From contig OX597839.1 of assembly GCA_951406725.2 (NCBI GenBank), positions 29,450,001 through 29,514,000 on the forward strand: a stretch of 64,000 nucleotides of DNA, in the 5' to 3' direction. Positions 1 to 11,514 of this stretch are shown piece by piece. Origin of the DNA: Octopus vulgaris. Lineage: Eukaryota. A program made the position numbers and the translations under genes. How positions within the stretch are numbered: position 1 is the first letter of the stretch; the number at the start of each line of letters is the position of its first letter. The notes below the pieces were generated by a model that saw nothing but the letters and a program-made list of their open reading frames with translations, did not search any database and had not been told where the DNA came from.

Positions 1-179
1 GTATGATAAGATGTGGTTAGAGGATGTTGTGACTTTCCTCGCCAACCGTTGAGGTCTCCAAAGGACAAATGATGACCCGACGAGAAAACTACTTCGAAAC
101 TTACAGTTTCTGCAGCACGTTTGTAAAACATCTGTTTCAATACACCGTCAATTGTTTCTAAATATTGGAAATTCTGGGA

Positions 180-735
180 GAAGGGACGAATCGATCATGT
201 GGACCCTAGTGCTCCGTAGGAACCTATTTTATTGAATCCTTAAAAGTCCGCCTCGGAGGGAATTGGATTCGGAGCCTAAAGCCGGAAGAAATACCTATTT
301 CTTTACTACCCACAAGGGGCTAAACACAGAGAGGACAAACAAGGACAGACAAACGGATTAAGTCGATTATATCGACCCCAGTGCGTAACTGGTACTCATT
401 TAATCGACCCCGAAAGGATGAAAGGCAAAATCGCCGGAAGAAATACCTATTTCTTTATTACCCACAAAGGGCTAAACACAGAGGGGACAAACAAGGACAG
501 ACATAGGTATTAAGTCGATTACATCGACCCCAGTGCGTAACTGGTACTTAATTTATCGACCCCGAAAGGATGAAAGGCAAAGTCGACCTCGGCGGAATTT
601 GAACTCACAACGTGACGCAGACGAAATACCGCTAAGCATTTCGCCCGGCGTGCTAACCACTCTGCCAGCTCGCCGGAAGAAATACCGCTAAGCATTTTGT
701 TCGACGCGCTAACGATTCTGTATTCTCGCCACTGA
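180..735 (-). mobile_element. Nested cluster of tRNA-derived SINE family A: an old copy interrupted by two younger long-tailed copies (296-432 5'-truncated; 448-673 full length)
   Basis: Reverse complement gives GGCGAGCTGGCAGA...GAGTTCAAATTCCGCCGAGGTCGACTTTGCCTTTCATCC (A/B-box-like head and body). The 15-bp sequence GCCGGAAGAAATACC recurs at 281-295, 433-447 and 672-686. Confidence 0.9.
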
Positions 736-749
736 CTATTTTAATATTG

Positions 750-890
750 ATTTCAGAATTTGGTACGAGCTCAGTAATTTAGGGGACAGGAAAAAGTCGA
801 TTAAATGGACCCTAGTGCTCAATTGGTCCTTATTTTGGTCCCCGAAAGAATGAAAGGCAAAGTCGACCATGGCGGAATTTGAACTCAGAA
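750..890 (-). mobile_element. SINE A, degenerate partial copy
   Basis: Contains gaaaggcaaagtcgaccatggcggaatttgaactcagaa, shared with the other A copies. Confidence 0.8.
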
Positions 891-1890
891 TTCCTTCCTT
901 TCTTTCTTTCTTTCTTTACTTACCTCTCTCTGTCCCTCCTCTCTCGCCTTTTCTCATCCCCTCTCTCTCTATATCCCTCCTCTTCCTCAACCCCTCCTTT
1001 TTCTCTCAGTCTGACTTCTCTCCCCTTCTCTCACTATCCCTCCTCCTCTCTTGCTGCCCCTCCTCTCACCTTTTCTAATCCTCTCTCTGTCCCCCTCTCT
1101 CTGTGTTCTTCCTCTTCTTTTTCTCTCTCGGTCACTGACCTCTCTCTCTCTCTCCTTCTCTTACAGTCTCCTCCTCCTCTCTCGCCGTCCCTGCTCTCTT
1201 TCTCCTTCAGTGTATGTGTATACCTGTGCGTAAGTGTGTGTGTGTAAAGTCTGTGCGCATGCCCCTGAGTGTCTGTGTGCGTGCGCGCGCGCCTGCTCGA
1301 TTCCGGAGGAGATCTTTCAGAGACAAATTCCTGCTCGCCATAAACCCATCACCAATCACCGGTCTTTCTTATAAGTTTCTCTCTTTTAAGAACTTATCCA
1401 ACACTTCAATGTATAATGCCTTAAACAGTCGTCATGGTAACAACACTAATTCCATTCTCAACGTTTCCGTTTTTTCTCCCTTTTTTCGTTCCGGAAAAAA
1501 TTAACTATTTTGTAATGCATTAACACATTAAAAAGTGAAAATGAAATTAATTAAAAAGATAGAAAAAAGCAAATAAATTTGGAAAGCAAATAAATAAATT
1601 TAGAAAGAAATCGAAGCAAAGCCATAAATCTCGTCTCTCTAAACTCGGCTGGCAGCTAAATCTGCCTAACACGTGACATCTGCTGGTTGACATAAACCAC
1701 ACGATAGACATTTCCAAGCACTGAACGAGTGGGCAGAAAGCATTTCAGACCGGTTCTGTGGATCGTATTGTCGTATCAATAGGAGTTTAATCCGAACCTT
1801 CAAGCGTTTCACATTCTGGGTTAAGGATTTTTGGATCCTCCGGAAGAAAATATACGTCAGAGTTTCATTTTTAAATCTTAAACATTACCC

Positions 1891-2092
1891 ATTTCTTTAC
1901 TACCCACAAGGGGCTAAACACAGAGACAGACAAACAAGGACAGACAAACGGATTAAGTCGATTGTATCGACCCCAGTGCGTAACTGGTACTTATTTAATC
2001 GACCTCGAAAGGATGAAAGGCAAAGTCGACCTCGGCGGAATTTGAACTCAGAACGTAGCGACAGACGAAATACCTATTTCTTTATTACCCAA
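1891..2092 (-). mobile_element. SINE A long-tail copy with the stub of a second A tail inserted at its GGTATTTC site
   Basis: Near-identical to 448-630; junction gacgaaatacctatttctttattaccc at about 2065-2090. Confidence 0.88.
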
Positions 2093-2559
2093 ACAGGAGA
2101 AACACAACTCACTGCATAATAGTATATGTATATATGAATGTATGTATATATAGCTATCTATATTTAACCAGCTGTAAATTTACATAAAGTCACTCAAGGA
2201 CCGAAAGTTTCGTGTATGGCATTTATCTAACATACATGCCCACACACACGTACACACACGCGCACACAAACACACACACACACACATTCACAAACACACA
2301 AACACACACACACACATTCACAAACACACACACACATTCACAAACACACACACACACACGCACACAGACATAGCGCTGAAGATTTAACTTCATGTGACAT
2401 TTCTATGGAAGATGTTTCACGTACGATCAACAACATCAAAGTGTTGGCCACGCATTGAAACATGACGCAATTACGGAAACAATAGTGAAGACCGAACGTA
2501 GGAAGGAACGCTGCAAGGCAGATGTAAAAATATTTCTGACGTTCAGCTGAGTCACGTGT

Positions 2560-2925
2560 TCCAGCACAGGGAGGACTTGTGTGGAATATCCCAAACAAAA
2601 CTTCCCACTTAATGTTAACACGACAGGTTAGACAACCCAATGAGAGAGTCTAACGTGGTCGCATTCATCGGTCTACTAGAAATGGCAGCCAAATCTACGG
2701 CAACAATCCAATGAAGAATAATCTAACGTGGTCGCATTACTCGATCTGCTAGAATTAGTACCCAAATATTTCTAAGGTTGAGCAGAATCACATGTTCTAA
2801 CACAAGGAGGAGTTGTGGAATATTCCTAACAAAGTTCCAAACCTAATGTTAACACAACAGACTTGATAATCCCATAAGAGAGAGTCTAAGGTGATCAAAT
2901 TATTCGATCTGCTCCAGAAACTGAC
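2560..2925. repeat. Locally duplicated interspersed-repeat fragments (tctaacgtggtcgcatt...ctagaaatggcagccaaat, about 3 copies); related pieces at about 6095-6300, 12200-12250 and 48850-48940
   Basis: Three visible degenerate copies of the motif, plus a duplicated gtggaatat...aatgttaacac segment. Confidence 0.6.
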
Positions 2926-2990
2926 ACCTTGGGCAAGTGTCTTCAAAGCCTCGTGAGTAGATCTGGTAGACTGAAACTGAAAGAAGACCA

Positions 2991-3045
<55 letters not shown>

Positions 3046-3205
3046 CATACACACACACAAATGTCACTAAATGTGACTAAGATGTTAGGGAAAAACCTAC
3101 ATTGCTAGAAATAAGAGCTAAACCGCTCTAAAGCTGTAGTTAACGCACATGAAAGGAAGCATATACTCTAACAGGGTATCGTCCAATATGTGCCGATCGA
3201 GAATT

Positions 3206-3263
3206 CCTAATACTGACGCGTCAGTTTCGATAATTTCCGTTGCCTCATCAGTTCCCGTTAGGG
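3206..3263 (-). ncRNA. Type I hammerhead ribozyme motif (PLE pLTR-type)
   Basis: Minus strand: ccctaacgggaa CTGATGA GGCAAcggaaaTTATC GAAA CTGACGCGTCAG TA ttagg. Canonical core, perfect stem III, GUA cleavage triplet, one mismatch in stem II. Confidence 0.8.
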
Positions 3264-3309
3264 TATATGTTTCCATTCATGTGCGTTAATGACTGAAACA
3301 AGTAAAAGA

Positions 3310-3860
3310 TTAGACATCCAGAAATTACGAGAAACAATGCTTTCTGGGTTGAGATTAAGCAGGACCCCATCGACTATCAGCTAGCGAAACCCAAGGAGTG
3401 TTGGCAGAAGGCGGTGAGTTGGCAGAAACGTTAGCACGTCGGGCGAAATGCTTAGCAGTATTTCGTCTGCCGTTACGTTCTGAGTTCAAATTCCGCTGAG
3501 GTCGACTTTACCTTTCATCCTTTCGGAGTCGATAAATTAAGTACCAGTTACGCACTGGGGTCGATATAATCGACTTAATCCGTTTGTCTGTCCTTGTTTG
3601 TTCCCTCTATATTTAGCCCCTTGTGGGCAATAAGGAAATAAGAAAGGTAAGGAGTGTTGAGTCAGCCATGTGTTAAAGAATACCAACATGGATGATGGGC
3701 AAGTCATAGAATGGAACTCAAAAGGAGAGAGAAGCAGGTGACTCGAAGGACACCTGGTTGAGACTGGAACAAGTCGAAGAAAAAATGGCAGAGATGACAT
3801 GGAATCAAGAGGAAATAAAAGCATTGAGCAGAACACATTTGAAGACTGCTACACAAAAAT
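3310..3860 (+). pseudogene. Degenerate RTE-like LINE ORF2 C-terminal fragment interrupted by SINE A
   Basis: Pieces translate as SHVLKN...VIEWNSKGERSR...DTWLR...EMTWNQ...ALSR, resembling the RTE GHVLR...W.P.G.R.RGRP..TW pattern; contains stops and frameshifts. Confidence 0.55.
3408..3645 (+). mobile_element. SINE A full-length long-tail copy with an 11-bp TSD (AAGGAGTGTTG at 3393-3403 and 3649-3659)
   Basis: Full head-to-tail match to the other A copies, with a flanking direct repeat. Confidence 0.92.
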
Positions 3861-4238
3861 CTACCGCATTTGATGGTAAATAAAAAGCAGCTGCTTCAAA
3901 AAAATTACCCCGGATCCTATATACGAAGTTGGGGCTCTCATAAACTTTAATTCACTTAAAGCAATTTTTTGAACTTGTGATTATGCGTTGCTGAAATTGG
4001 GATGCGACAAATATGCTCGTACGACTTTCATGTCATCGAATACGGTGTTCTGTTAGGAATCCGAACAAGCCATGGTGACTATGAAGCTAAATAATTTCTA
4101 TGTTTCTGTTTTTAGCTAAATTTCAATGATGGAACTGTGGTCTTTAGTCAGAGACCAGCCCTCGACTTTACTGCAAAAATTTCAAAGAATTAAAACGAAG
4201 ACAAATAACTACATATGATCACAGTCAGATATAAACGT

Positions 4239-4272
<34 letters not shown>

Positions 4273-4377
4273 TTAGAGTAACACATACAAGTAAACAAAT
4301 GTACCAATACACATGCACATACATGCTCATACACATGCATATACACACAGAGAGAAAAATACACACAGACGTTCGTG

Positions 4378-4628
4378 CTAATGCGCGCACACACACACAA
4401 ACGCTCACGCACACACATACAAACGCTCACGCACACACACACAAACGCTCACGCACACACATACAAACGCTCACGCACACACACACACAAACGCTCACGC
4501 ACACACATACAAACGCTCACGCACACACACACAAACGCTCACGCACACACATACAAACCTTCACGCACACACACACAAACGCTCACGCACACACACACAA
4601 ACGCTCACGCACACACATACAAACGCTC
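4378..4628. repeat. Minisatellite, 20-22 bp unit AAACGCTCACGCACACA(CA)(C/T)AC, about 11 copies
   Basis: Tandem units directly visible. Confidence 0.92.
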
Positions 4629-5009
4629 AGTCTGTTTGTCTCTACCTGTTTAGGTTTCTACTTATTTCGTAACCTCAATCATCTGGAACAATCTACAACT
4701 CTCACTCTCTTCCTCCCCCTCTCTCTTTTTCGCTATCTCTCGCATTGTCTCTCTCTGTTTCTGTCGTCTGCTTTCCTTTCTCTCTTTCTGTGTCTATCTC
4801 TTATTCCACTCTCCCTCTTTTCCCCCTCTCAGTGAATCCCTCTCTCTCTCTCTGACTTACATTTTCCCATTTCTTCTCTCTTTCTCGCCTTCTTTCCTTT
4901 CTCTCCCTCCCACTCTCTCACTATTCCATTCTATTTACCTTTCCAATATTTCTCTAATTCTTTCGCTTTACAACTCCATTTACAATTCTAGCTTTTCACT
5001 CCTTTTCTC

Positions 5010-5805
5010 TATCTATCTACCTACCTACCTACCTACCTATGTCTATCTATCTACCTACCTACCTACCTATGTCTATCTATCTACCTACCTACCTACCTAT
5101 GTCTATCTATCTATCTATCTATCTCTATCTATCTGTCTGTATATCTATCTATCTATCTCTATCTATCTGTCTGTATATCTATCTATCTATCTGTGTCTAT
5201 CTATCTGTATCTATCTATCTGTCTGTCTATCTATCTGTCTGTCTATCTATCTATCTGTCTGTCTATCTATCTATCTGTGTCTATCTGTCTGTCTATCTAT
5301 CTATCTGTCTGTCTGTCTGTCTGTCTATCTGTCTGTCTATCTATCTGTCTGTCTGTATATCTATCTATCTATATATCTATCCATCTATCTCTATATATAT
5401 ATCAATCTGTATATCTATCTATCTATCTGTATATCTATCTGTATATCTATCTATCTATCTATCTGTATATCTATCTATCTGTCTGTCTGTCTGTATATCT
5501 ATCTATCTATCTATCTATCTGTCTGTCTGTATATCTATCTATCTGTATATCTATCTGTATATCTATCTATCTATCTATCTATCTATCTGTCTGTCTGTCT
5601 GTATATCTATCTATCTGTCTGTCTGTATATCTATCTATCTATCTATCTATCTATCTGTATATCTATCTATCTATCTATCTATCTGTATATCTATCTATAT
5701 CTATCTATCTGTATATCTATCTATCTATCTATCTGTATATCTATCTATCTATCTATCTGTATATCTATCTATCTATCTGTATATCTATCTATCTATCTAT
5801 CTGTA

Positions 5806-5850
<45 letters not shown>

Positions 5851-5878
5851 CTCTCTCTCTCTATATATATATATATCA
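5010..5878. repeat. Compound (TCTA)n/(TCTG)n/(CCTA)n microsatellite
   Basis: Directly visible; explains the 400-aa and 301-aa SIYL-type ORFs. Confidence 0.97.
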
Positions 5879-6757
5879 ATCTGTCTATCCTTATTTCTTC
5901 CTGCCTTCCTTCCTTTCTTCCTTCATTCTTTCGTCTTTCATTGCTTCTTATATTTTTCCATTTTCTCCTTTCTCTTCTTCCATTCTTTCTTCCTTCTCTC
6001 TCCTCATCTCGTTCTTTCAGGTTTTCGTTTATTCTTCTTATTCCTGCTATTTCTTTTCGTTTCTCATTGTTGTAGTAGTAGCTGCTGTTGTTGTTTAACC
6101 CATGGTCATTCTCAATCAAGCAGACAGGTCTACGATCAAAGACATTTCAACCATGAGCATCTAGTCATATTTTTTCCGACACAGACTCCAAATAACACCC
6201 CCACCATCCAACGCGTACGATCTCCTTTTACAAGACCGTAGGATAGATTTTGAGGGAGATTTCATTGCTATGTCTAACAAGCCGAGCGACTACACAGGGA
6301 CACCCAGTTTAGCTTTTAGCAGTTTGCGTAGTTTTCTTCCACATCAGTACCAGTAATACCTAACACACATACACACACACTCTCTCTCTCTCTGTCTCTC
6401 TCTCCTTGTCACAAAAACTGCCTTATGTTTGACGAAAGAAAAATCATTATCATATGCCGTGTGAATAGCTAATTAGCTACCGAGCAGCCTGGGATTGCAA
6501 TACAACCCAGTATCATCACATGCCGTACACATACGATGCGGCTATTAAACGGATTTCGTTTGAATCTATCTATCTATCTATCTATCTATCTCTTTCTCTC
6601 TTTCTCTCTCTCCCTATATATCCATCTGTCTGTCATGTATATTTCTCGCTTACTATCTTTCTCTCTCATCTCTCTCTGTCTCCGTTTCTCTCTCTCTCTC
6701 TCTCTCTCTTTCTGCTTGTATGTATACTTGCATATGTATACATATGAAAAAATAAAC

Positions 6758-7445
6758 ATATATATATATATATATATATACATACACACACATACACACG
6801 TATATAAATATGCGTTTGCGTCTATATATATATACATACATATATATACACACATATATATACACACACATATATATACACACACATATATATACACACA
6901 CATATATATACACACACATATATATACACACACATATATATATACACACATATATATATACACACATATATATATACACACACATATATATATACACACA
7001 CATATATATATACACACACATATATATACACACACACATATATATATACACACACATATATATATACACACACATATATATACACACACACACATATATA
7101 TACACACACATATATATACACACATATATACACACACATATATATATATACATACATATATATATACACACACATATATATACACACACACATATATACA
7201 CACACACATATATATACACACACACATATATACACACACACATATATATATATATACATACATATAAAGACGTATATGTATACACACACATATGTATATG
7301 TGTACGCATTAAAACTACCTAGGAATATACAATATATACAAACATATATGTATATAAGGATATATATATGTGTGTGTGTGTGTATGTTTGCGTGTGTGTT
7401 TGTGTGTGTGTGTGTGAAAGAGAGAGAGAGAGAGAGAGAGAGAAA
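6758..7445. repeat. Compound (TA)n/(CA)n/(TG)n/(GA)n microsatellite
   Basis: Directly visible. Confidence 0.97.
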
Positions 7446-7844
7446 GAAAGACGGTGAGACAGAGTCCGAGAGAGTGTGTGCGTGTAAAACTATAAATATT
7501 AATTGTTAACTCTTACATAAAAAAACACAAAGGAAGCGATTTCCAATTCATTATAAAAATTCTAATTTAATACAATGAGCTGCGTCGCCTAACATTGATG
7601 TTAGACAGTCGTAGCCAGTTGCGTCTTTCAACTTCCATATTTATGCGAGGCCATTAATCGCACGCGTCGCGCGCTAACACATAAAACGCGGTGGAAAACA
7701 GAAGTGGAATTAAAAAGCGCTTCTTTAAGTTCCAGTCCAGTGTGGAAGGTAATTCGTCGCTTTTAATCAGTCAACAAATTTCTCACAGACGAATTATTGC
7801 ATGTGAATGCATAAAATTGGAATAATGAATCTATAATTTATATC

Positions 7845-7881
<37 letters not shown>

Positions 7882-8110
7882 CGTGTGTGTGATGTTGTAA
7901 CTGAGTTTATGTTTACACGTTTCTATGTTTCTATGTTTACAGGTAAAACTTACAGAGCGTTTATGTCTTCTTATTGTTTCAGGTGTATAAAAGCAATTAT
8001 ACATGCATATATACCACCCAGTCACCCCTATCATGATGATGATAATAATAATCCTTTCTACTATAGGCACAAGGCTTGAGATAATAGTAGTAGTAGTAGT
8101 AGTAGTTAAT

Positions 8111-8790
8111 CCTTTTATTGGCCACAAGGGCTCGCATAAAATTACACTAAATGACATTGTGGCATCCTTTTTGTCTTGGGTGACAATGGAGTTGCGCATA
8201 AAATAATCTAGTCCGGTTTTTACATTTCATGTCCTGATACATTTCCTGCTGTGGCTGTGTAGTCCTATCCTGGACAAACACTCCCTCTGACAGGTGCCGC
8301 AAATGTAGCGAAGACTTTGCGAAGACATACAACGACATAAAAGACAAATACAGGACGATACAATGGGTTTTACCACGTGTAAACAATATAATAAAAAAAT
8401 TAAACAATTTAAAACTCCCAATTGGAGAAGCACTTTAAGGACCTCGTGGAAAACTCCACAAAAGCCACGGTAGCCTGTACAACAGAGCAAGTGCCCTTCT
8501 TTTGTTTACAGGTGCACGCTCAGAATTGGTCCTTCCACACTGGCTACTCTTCCAACATCCACCCACCTTTCAACAAACTTGCTAAAAGGCAACACTTCCC
8601 TCTCCACTCACAACTTGCTTTTCAAATGAAACTTGAAAAAGTTGATGAGGGCTTGGCCAAGGAGGAAAGTGTCTGTTTTTATCCCTTTCAAACGGCCACC
8701 TCTTTCACTACAGCCACTAGACAAATAAAAATAGCCTTCCCTTCCCGGCCAAAAGAGGGTGGCGGGGCAATCCTCACAATGGATTCAGCT
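8111..8790 (-). mobile_element. Tx1/L1-clade LINE 3' end (ORF2 C-terminus plus 3' UTR), with an RTE fragment inserted in the UTR
   Basis: Minus strand translates SAESIVRIAPPPSFGREGKAIFICLVAVVKEV and GQALINFFKFHLKSKL*VEREVLPFSKFVERWVDVGRVASV; homologous to 62058-62270; UTR ends GAGCCCTTGTGGCCAATAAAAGG. Confidence 0.72.
8158..8320 (-). mobile_element. RTE-clade LINE extreme 3' fragment
   Basis: YICGTCQRECLSRIGLHSHSRKC (RTE C-terminal zinc-finger motif), followed by the typical tail CCATTGTCACCCAAGACAAAAAGGATGCCAC. Confidence 0.85.
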
Positions 8791-8971
8791 GAATTTTGGG
8801 AGAGGGGGGGGCAGTCGATTAGATCGACCTCAGTGCTTGACTGGTACTTAATTAATCGACCCCGAAAGGATGAAAGGCAAAGTCAACCTTGACGGAAATT
8901 GAACTCAGAACGTAGCAACGGGCGAAATACCGCTAAACATTTTGCCCGGTGTGCTAATGATTCTGCCAGCT
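8790..8971 (-). mobile_element. SINE A, short-tail type
   Basis: Shared A body and head. Confidence 0.85.
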
Positions 8972-9554
8972 ACGACAAAGTAGCCCAAAACCTCCACTGG
9001 CAACAATGCCGTAAGTATGGATATAAGGTTACGGGTACTTGGTACCAACATACACTGGAAAAGGTAATGGATAAAAAGGGGAAGGCAAAAATCCACTGGG
9101 ACTTTGATTTCCAGACAGATAGTGTTAGAGCACCGAAGGCCGGATATAGTAACATTTAGGAGGGAGAAACAAGAGTGCCTAATAATCGAATATGGCAGTG
9201 ACAGGAGATGAACAGATCATCATGAAAGAAAGAGAAAAAGTGAATAAATATGGAGACCTGAGAATTGCGATCGATTAGATGTGGCAGCTATGAGAGTCGA
9301 ACCTAAAGGTTATCCCTATTGTTATCGGAGCATTGGGTTCAATACAACCCAATCTGAAAAAACATCTGAAAACTTGGAGATACCCTACAATCTAGATGAA
9401 TTGCAAAAGTCGGCATTACTTGGAACTGCACACACACTGCATAAAATACTGTTTGTCTGAGGTCCTTGTTGTGACTTGACAAACAGTACAAACCCCAGGT
9501 AGACGCAATATCTTCAATCAACAACCTCACAATATTATATACTGTGCGACGTCT

Positions 9555-9589
<35 letters not shown>

Positions 9590-9590
9590 C
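8972..9590 (+). mobile_element. R4/Dong-like (restriction-like endonuclease) non-LTR retrotransposon 3' fragment ending in (TAA)n
   Basis: DKVAQNLHWQ...WYQH...WDFDFQTD...HRRPDIV...KEREKVNKYGDL...VIPIVIGALGSI...LQKSALLGTAHTL; frameshifted; (TAA)n tail at 9558-9588. Confidence 0.85.
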
Positions 9591-9814
9591 CTTTCTACTA
9601 AAGGCACAAGGCCTGAATTTTGGGGACAGGGGACTAGTCGATTACATCGACCTCACATTGACTGATACTTAATTTATCGATCACGAAGGGATGAAAGGCA
9701 AAGTCGACCACAAGGGAATTTGAACTGAAAACGTGCAGACAGACGAAATAACATTAAGCATTTCGCCCGACGAGCTAACAATCCCGCCAGCTCTAATAAT
9801 AAATAATAATAATA

Positions 9815-9850
<36 letters not shown>

Positions 9851-10030
9851 CCTTTCTACTAAAGGCACAAGGCCTGAAATTTTGTGGGAAGAGGACTAAT
9901 CGATTATATCAACTCCCGAAAGGATGAAAAGCAAAGTCGATCTTGATGAATTTGAACTCAGAACGTGCAGACGGATGAAATACCGCTAAGCATTTTGCCC
10001 GGTATACTCACGATTCTGCCAGCTCGCCAC
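9588..10030 (-). mobile_element. Two tandem SINE A short-tail copies (9588-9793, 9850-10030) separated by (TAA)n
   Basis: A body with the tail AGGCCTTGTGCCTTTAGTAGAAAGGATTATT. Confidence 0.85.
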
Positions 10031-10089
10031 CATAACAACAACGACGACGATGATGATAATTGAAAATTTTGGCCCAAGGGCAGCAATAT

Positions 10090-10652
10090 CTGCGTTTCTG
10101 TAAAGGGAATAGAGTCAAACTTACTTTGAAGATCATGTTGAGAGGGACTTCAAGTTTTGCCAAATCAACTTGATCTTCACAACACTCACACACAATTTGA
10201 CAACCAATATTACCTACAAATGCCAGGCACAAAAATGGGGACGAAAGTCGCACCAACGTTTGCGACACTCGTAATGGGATACGTGGAAGAGAAAAAAAAT
10301 CTATACCCTGTTTAGAATTACTTTTGACCATTGTTTCAAAACCTATTTAATAGGAAACTGGAAAAGATTCTGGGATAACTGCTTCATATTTTGGAAAAAA
10401 ATTAGGAAGACCTTTCAAGATTCCTTGAATTAATAGACCTTCATGAATTGATCCAGTTTACTATTGAAATTAATGAAAGAGAACTCTCATTTTCTGGACA
10501 TTTTGATAATTAAAGGAAATGAGACGGTTACAAAGCGATCTCTACTGCAAGGACACAGACGTACATCAATATTTAGATTTTAGATCTTACCACCCTTCCA
10601 ATAGAAAAAGGAGCATACCTTTGAATATGGCAAGATGTATATGCTCAATAGT

Positions 10653-10656
<4 letters not shown>
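10090..10656 (+). pseudogene. Penelope-like element reverse transcriptase fragment
   Basis: FDNQYYLQMPGTKMGTKVAPTFATLVMGYVEE; WKRFWDNCFIFW (decayed catalytic DD motif); IQFTIEINERE; SDLYCKDTDVHQYLDFRSYHP..KRSIP, all PLE RT/thumb motifs; frameshifts. Confidence 0.85.
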
Positions 10657-10688
<32 letters not shown>

Positions 10689-10707
10689 CATACATAGATA
10701 GGTATGC

Positions 10708-10764
<57 letters not shown>

Positions 10765-10794
10765 ACACACATTCATATATATATATATATATAT

Positions 10795-11005
10795 ACTCTT
10801 TTACTTTTTTCAGTCAGTTGACTACGGCCACGCTGGAGCACCGCCTTTAGTCGAGCAAATCGACCCCAGGACTTATTCTTTGTGAGCCTAGTACTTATTC
10901 TATCGGTCTCTTTTGCCGAACCGCTAAGTGACGGGGACATAAACACACCAGCATCGGTTGTCAAGCAATGCTAGGGGGACAAACACAGACACACAAACAT
11001 ACACG

Positions 11006-11049
<44 letters not shown>

Positions 11050-11215
11050 CACGACGGGCTTCTTTCAGTTTCCGTCTACCAAATCCACTCACAAGGCTTT
11101 GGTCGGCCCGAGGCTATAGTAGAAGACAGTTGCCCAAGGTGCCACGCAGTGGGACTGAACCCAGAACCATGCGGTTGGTAAACAAGCTACTTACCACACA
11201 GCCACTCCTGCGCCT
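10795..11215 (-). mobile_element. tRNA-derived SINE family B, full length, with internal (CA)n/(TA)n
   Basis: Minus-strand head GGCGCAGGAGTGGCTGTGTGG...GGGTTCAGTCCC (A/B boxes), CORE-like CCTTGGGCAA segment, tail GGCGGTGCTCCAGCGTGGCCGTAGTCAACTGACTGAAA. Confidence 0.92.
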
Positions 11216-11514
11216 ATACTGAATTTAAATGCAAAAAGTCTTTGATAAAATTGGAAGTTGTTACCGTTACATCTATTCTCATTTCCAGAACGATTGATGT
11301 TGCATTTGGTGCGTTTTATGTGGGTGCATCATTGCAATGTATGTTGTCCCTCTCAGTTAATATTGTTTAACTAAAACCGTTTATTTTACAAATATCTTAT
11401 TTCACAAACTGCAATGTGGGATGTGTATAAATTGTACAATATTTATATTTAGATGACTCTTCAATAAACAACGCTTCCAGTCCAGGTTCTGTTTTCATTA
11501 TTACGCTGTGTGAT

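Noticed and set aside
77-112. CCGACGA-GAA..TTC-GAAA-CTTACAG-TT hammerhead-like string
   Set aside because: Variant core and no stem I pairing; could be chance.
8422-8892. 156-aa plus-strand ORF
   Set aside because: It is antisense to the Tx1 ORF2 fragment and runs into a SINE.
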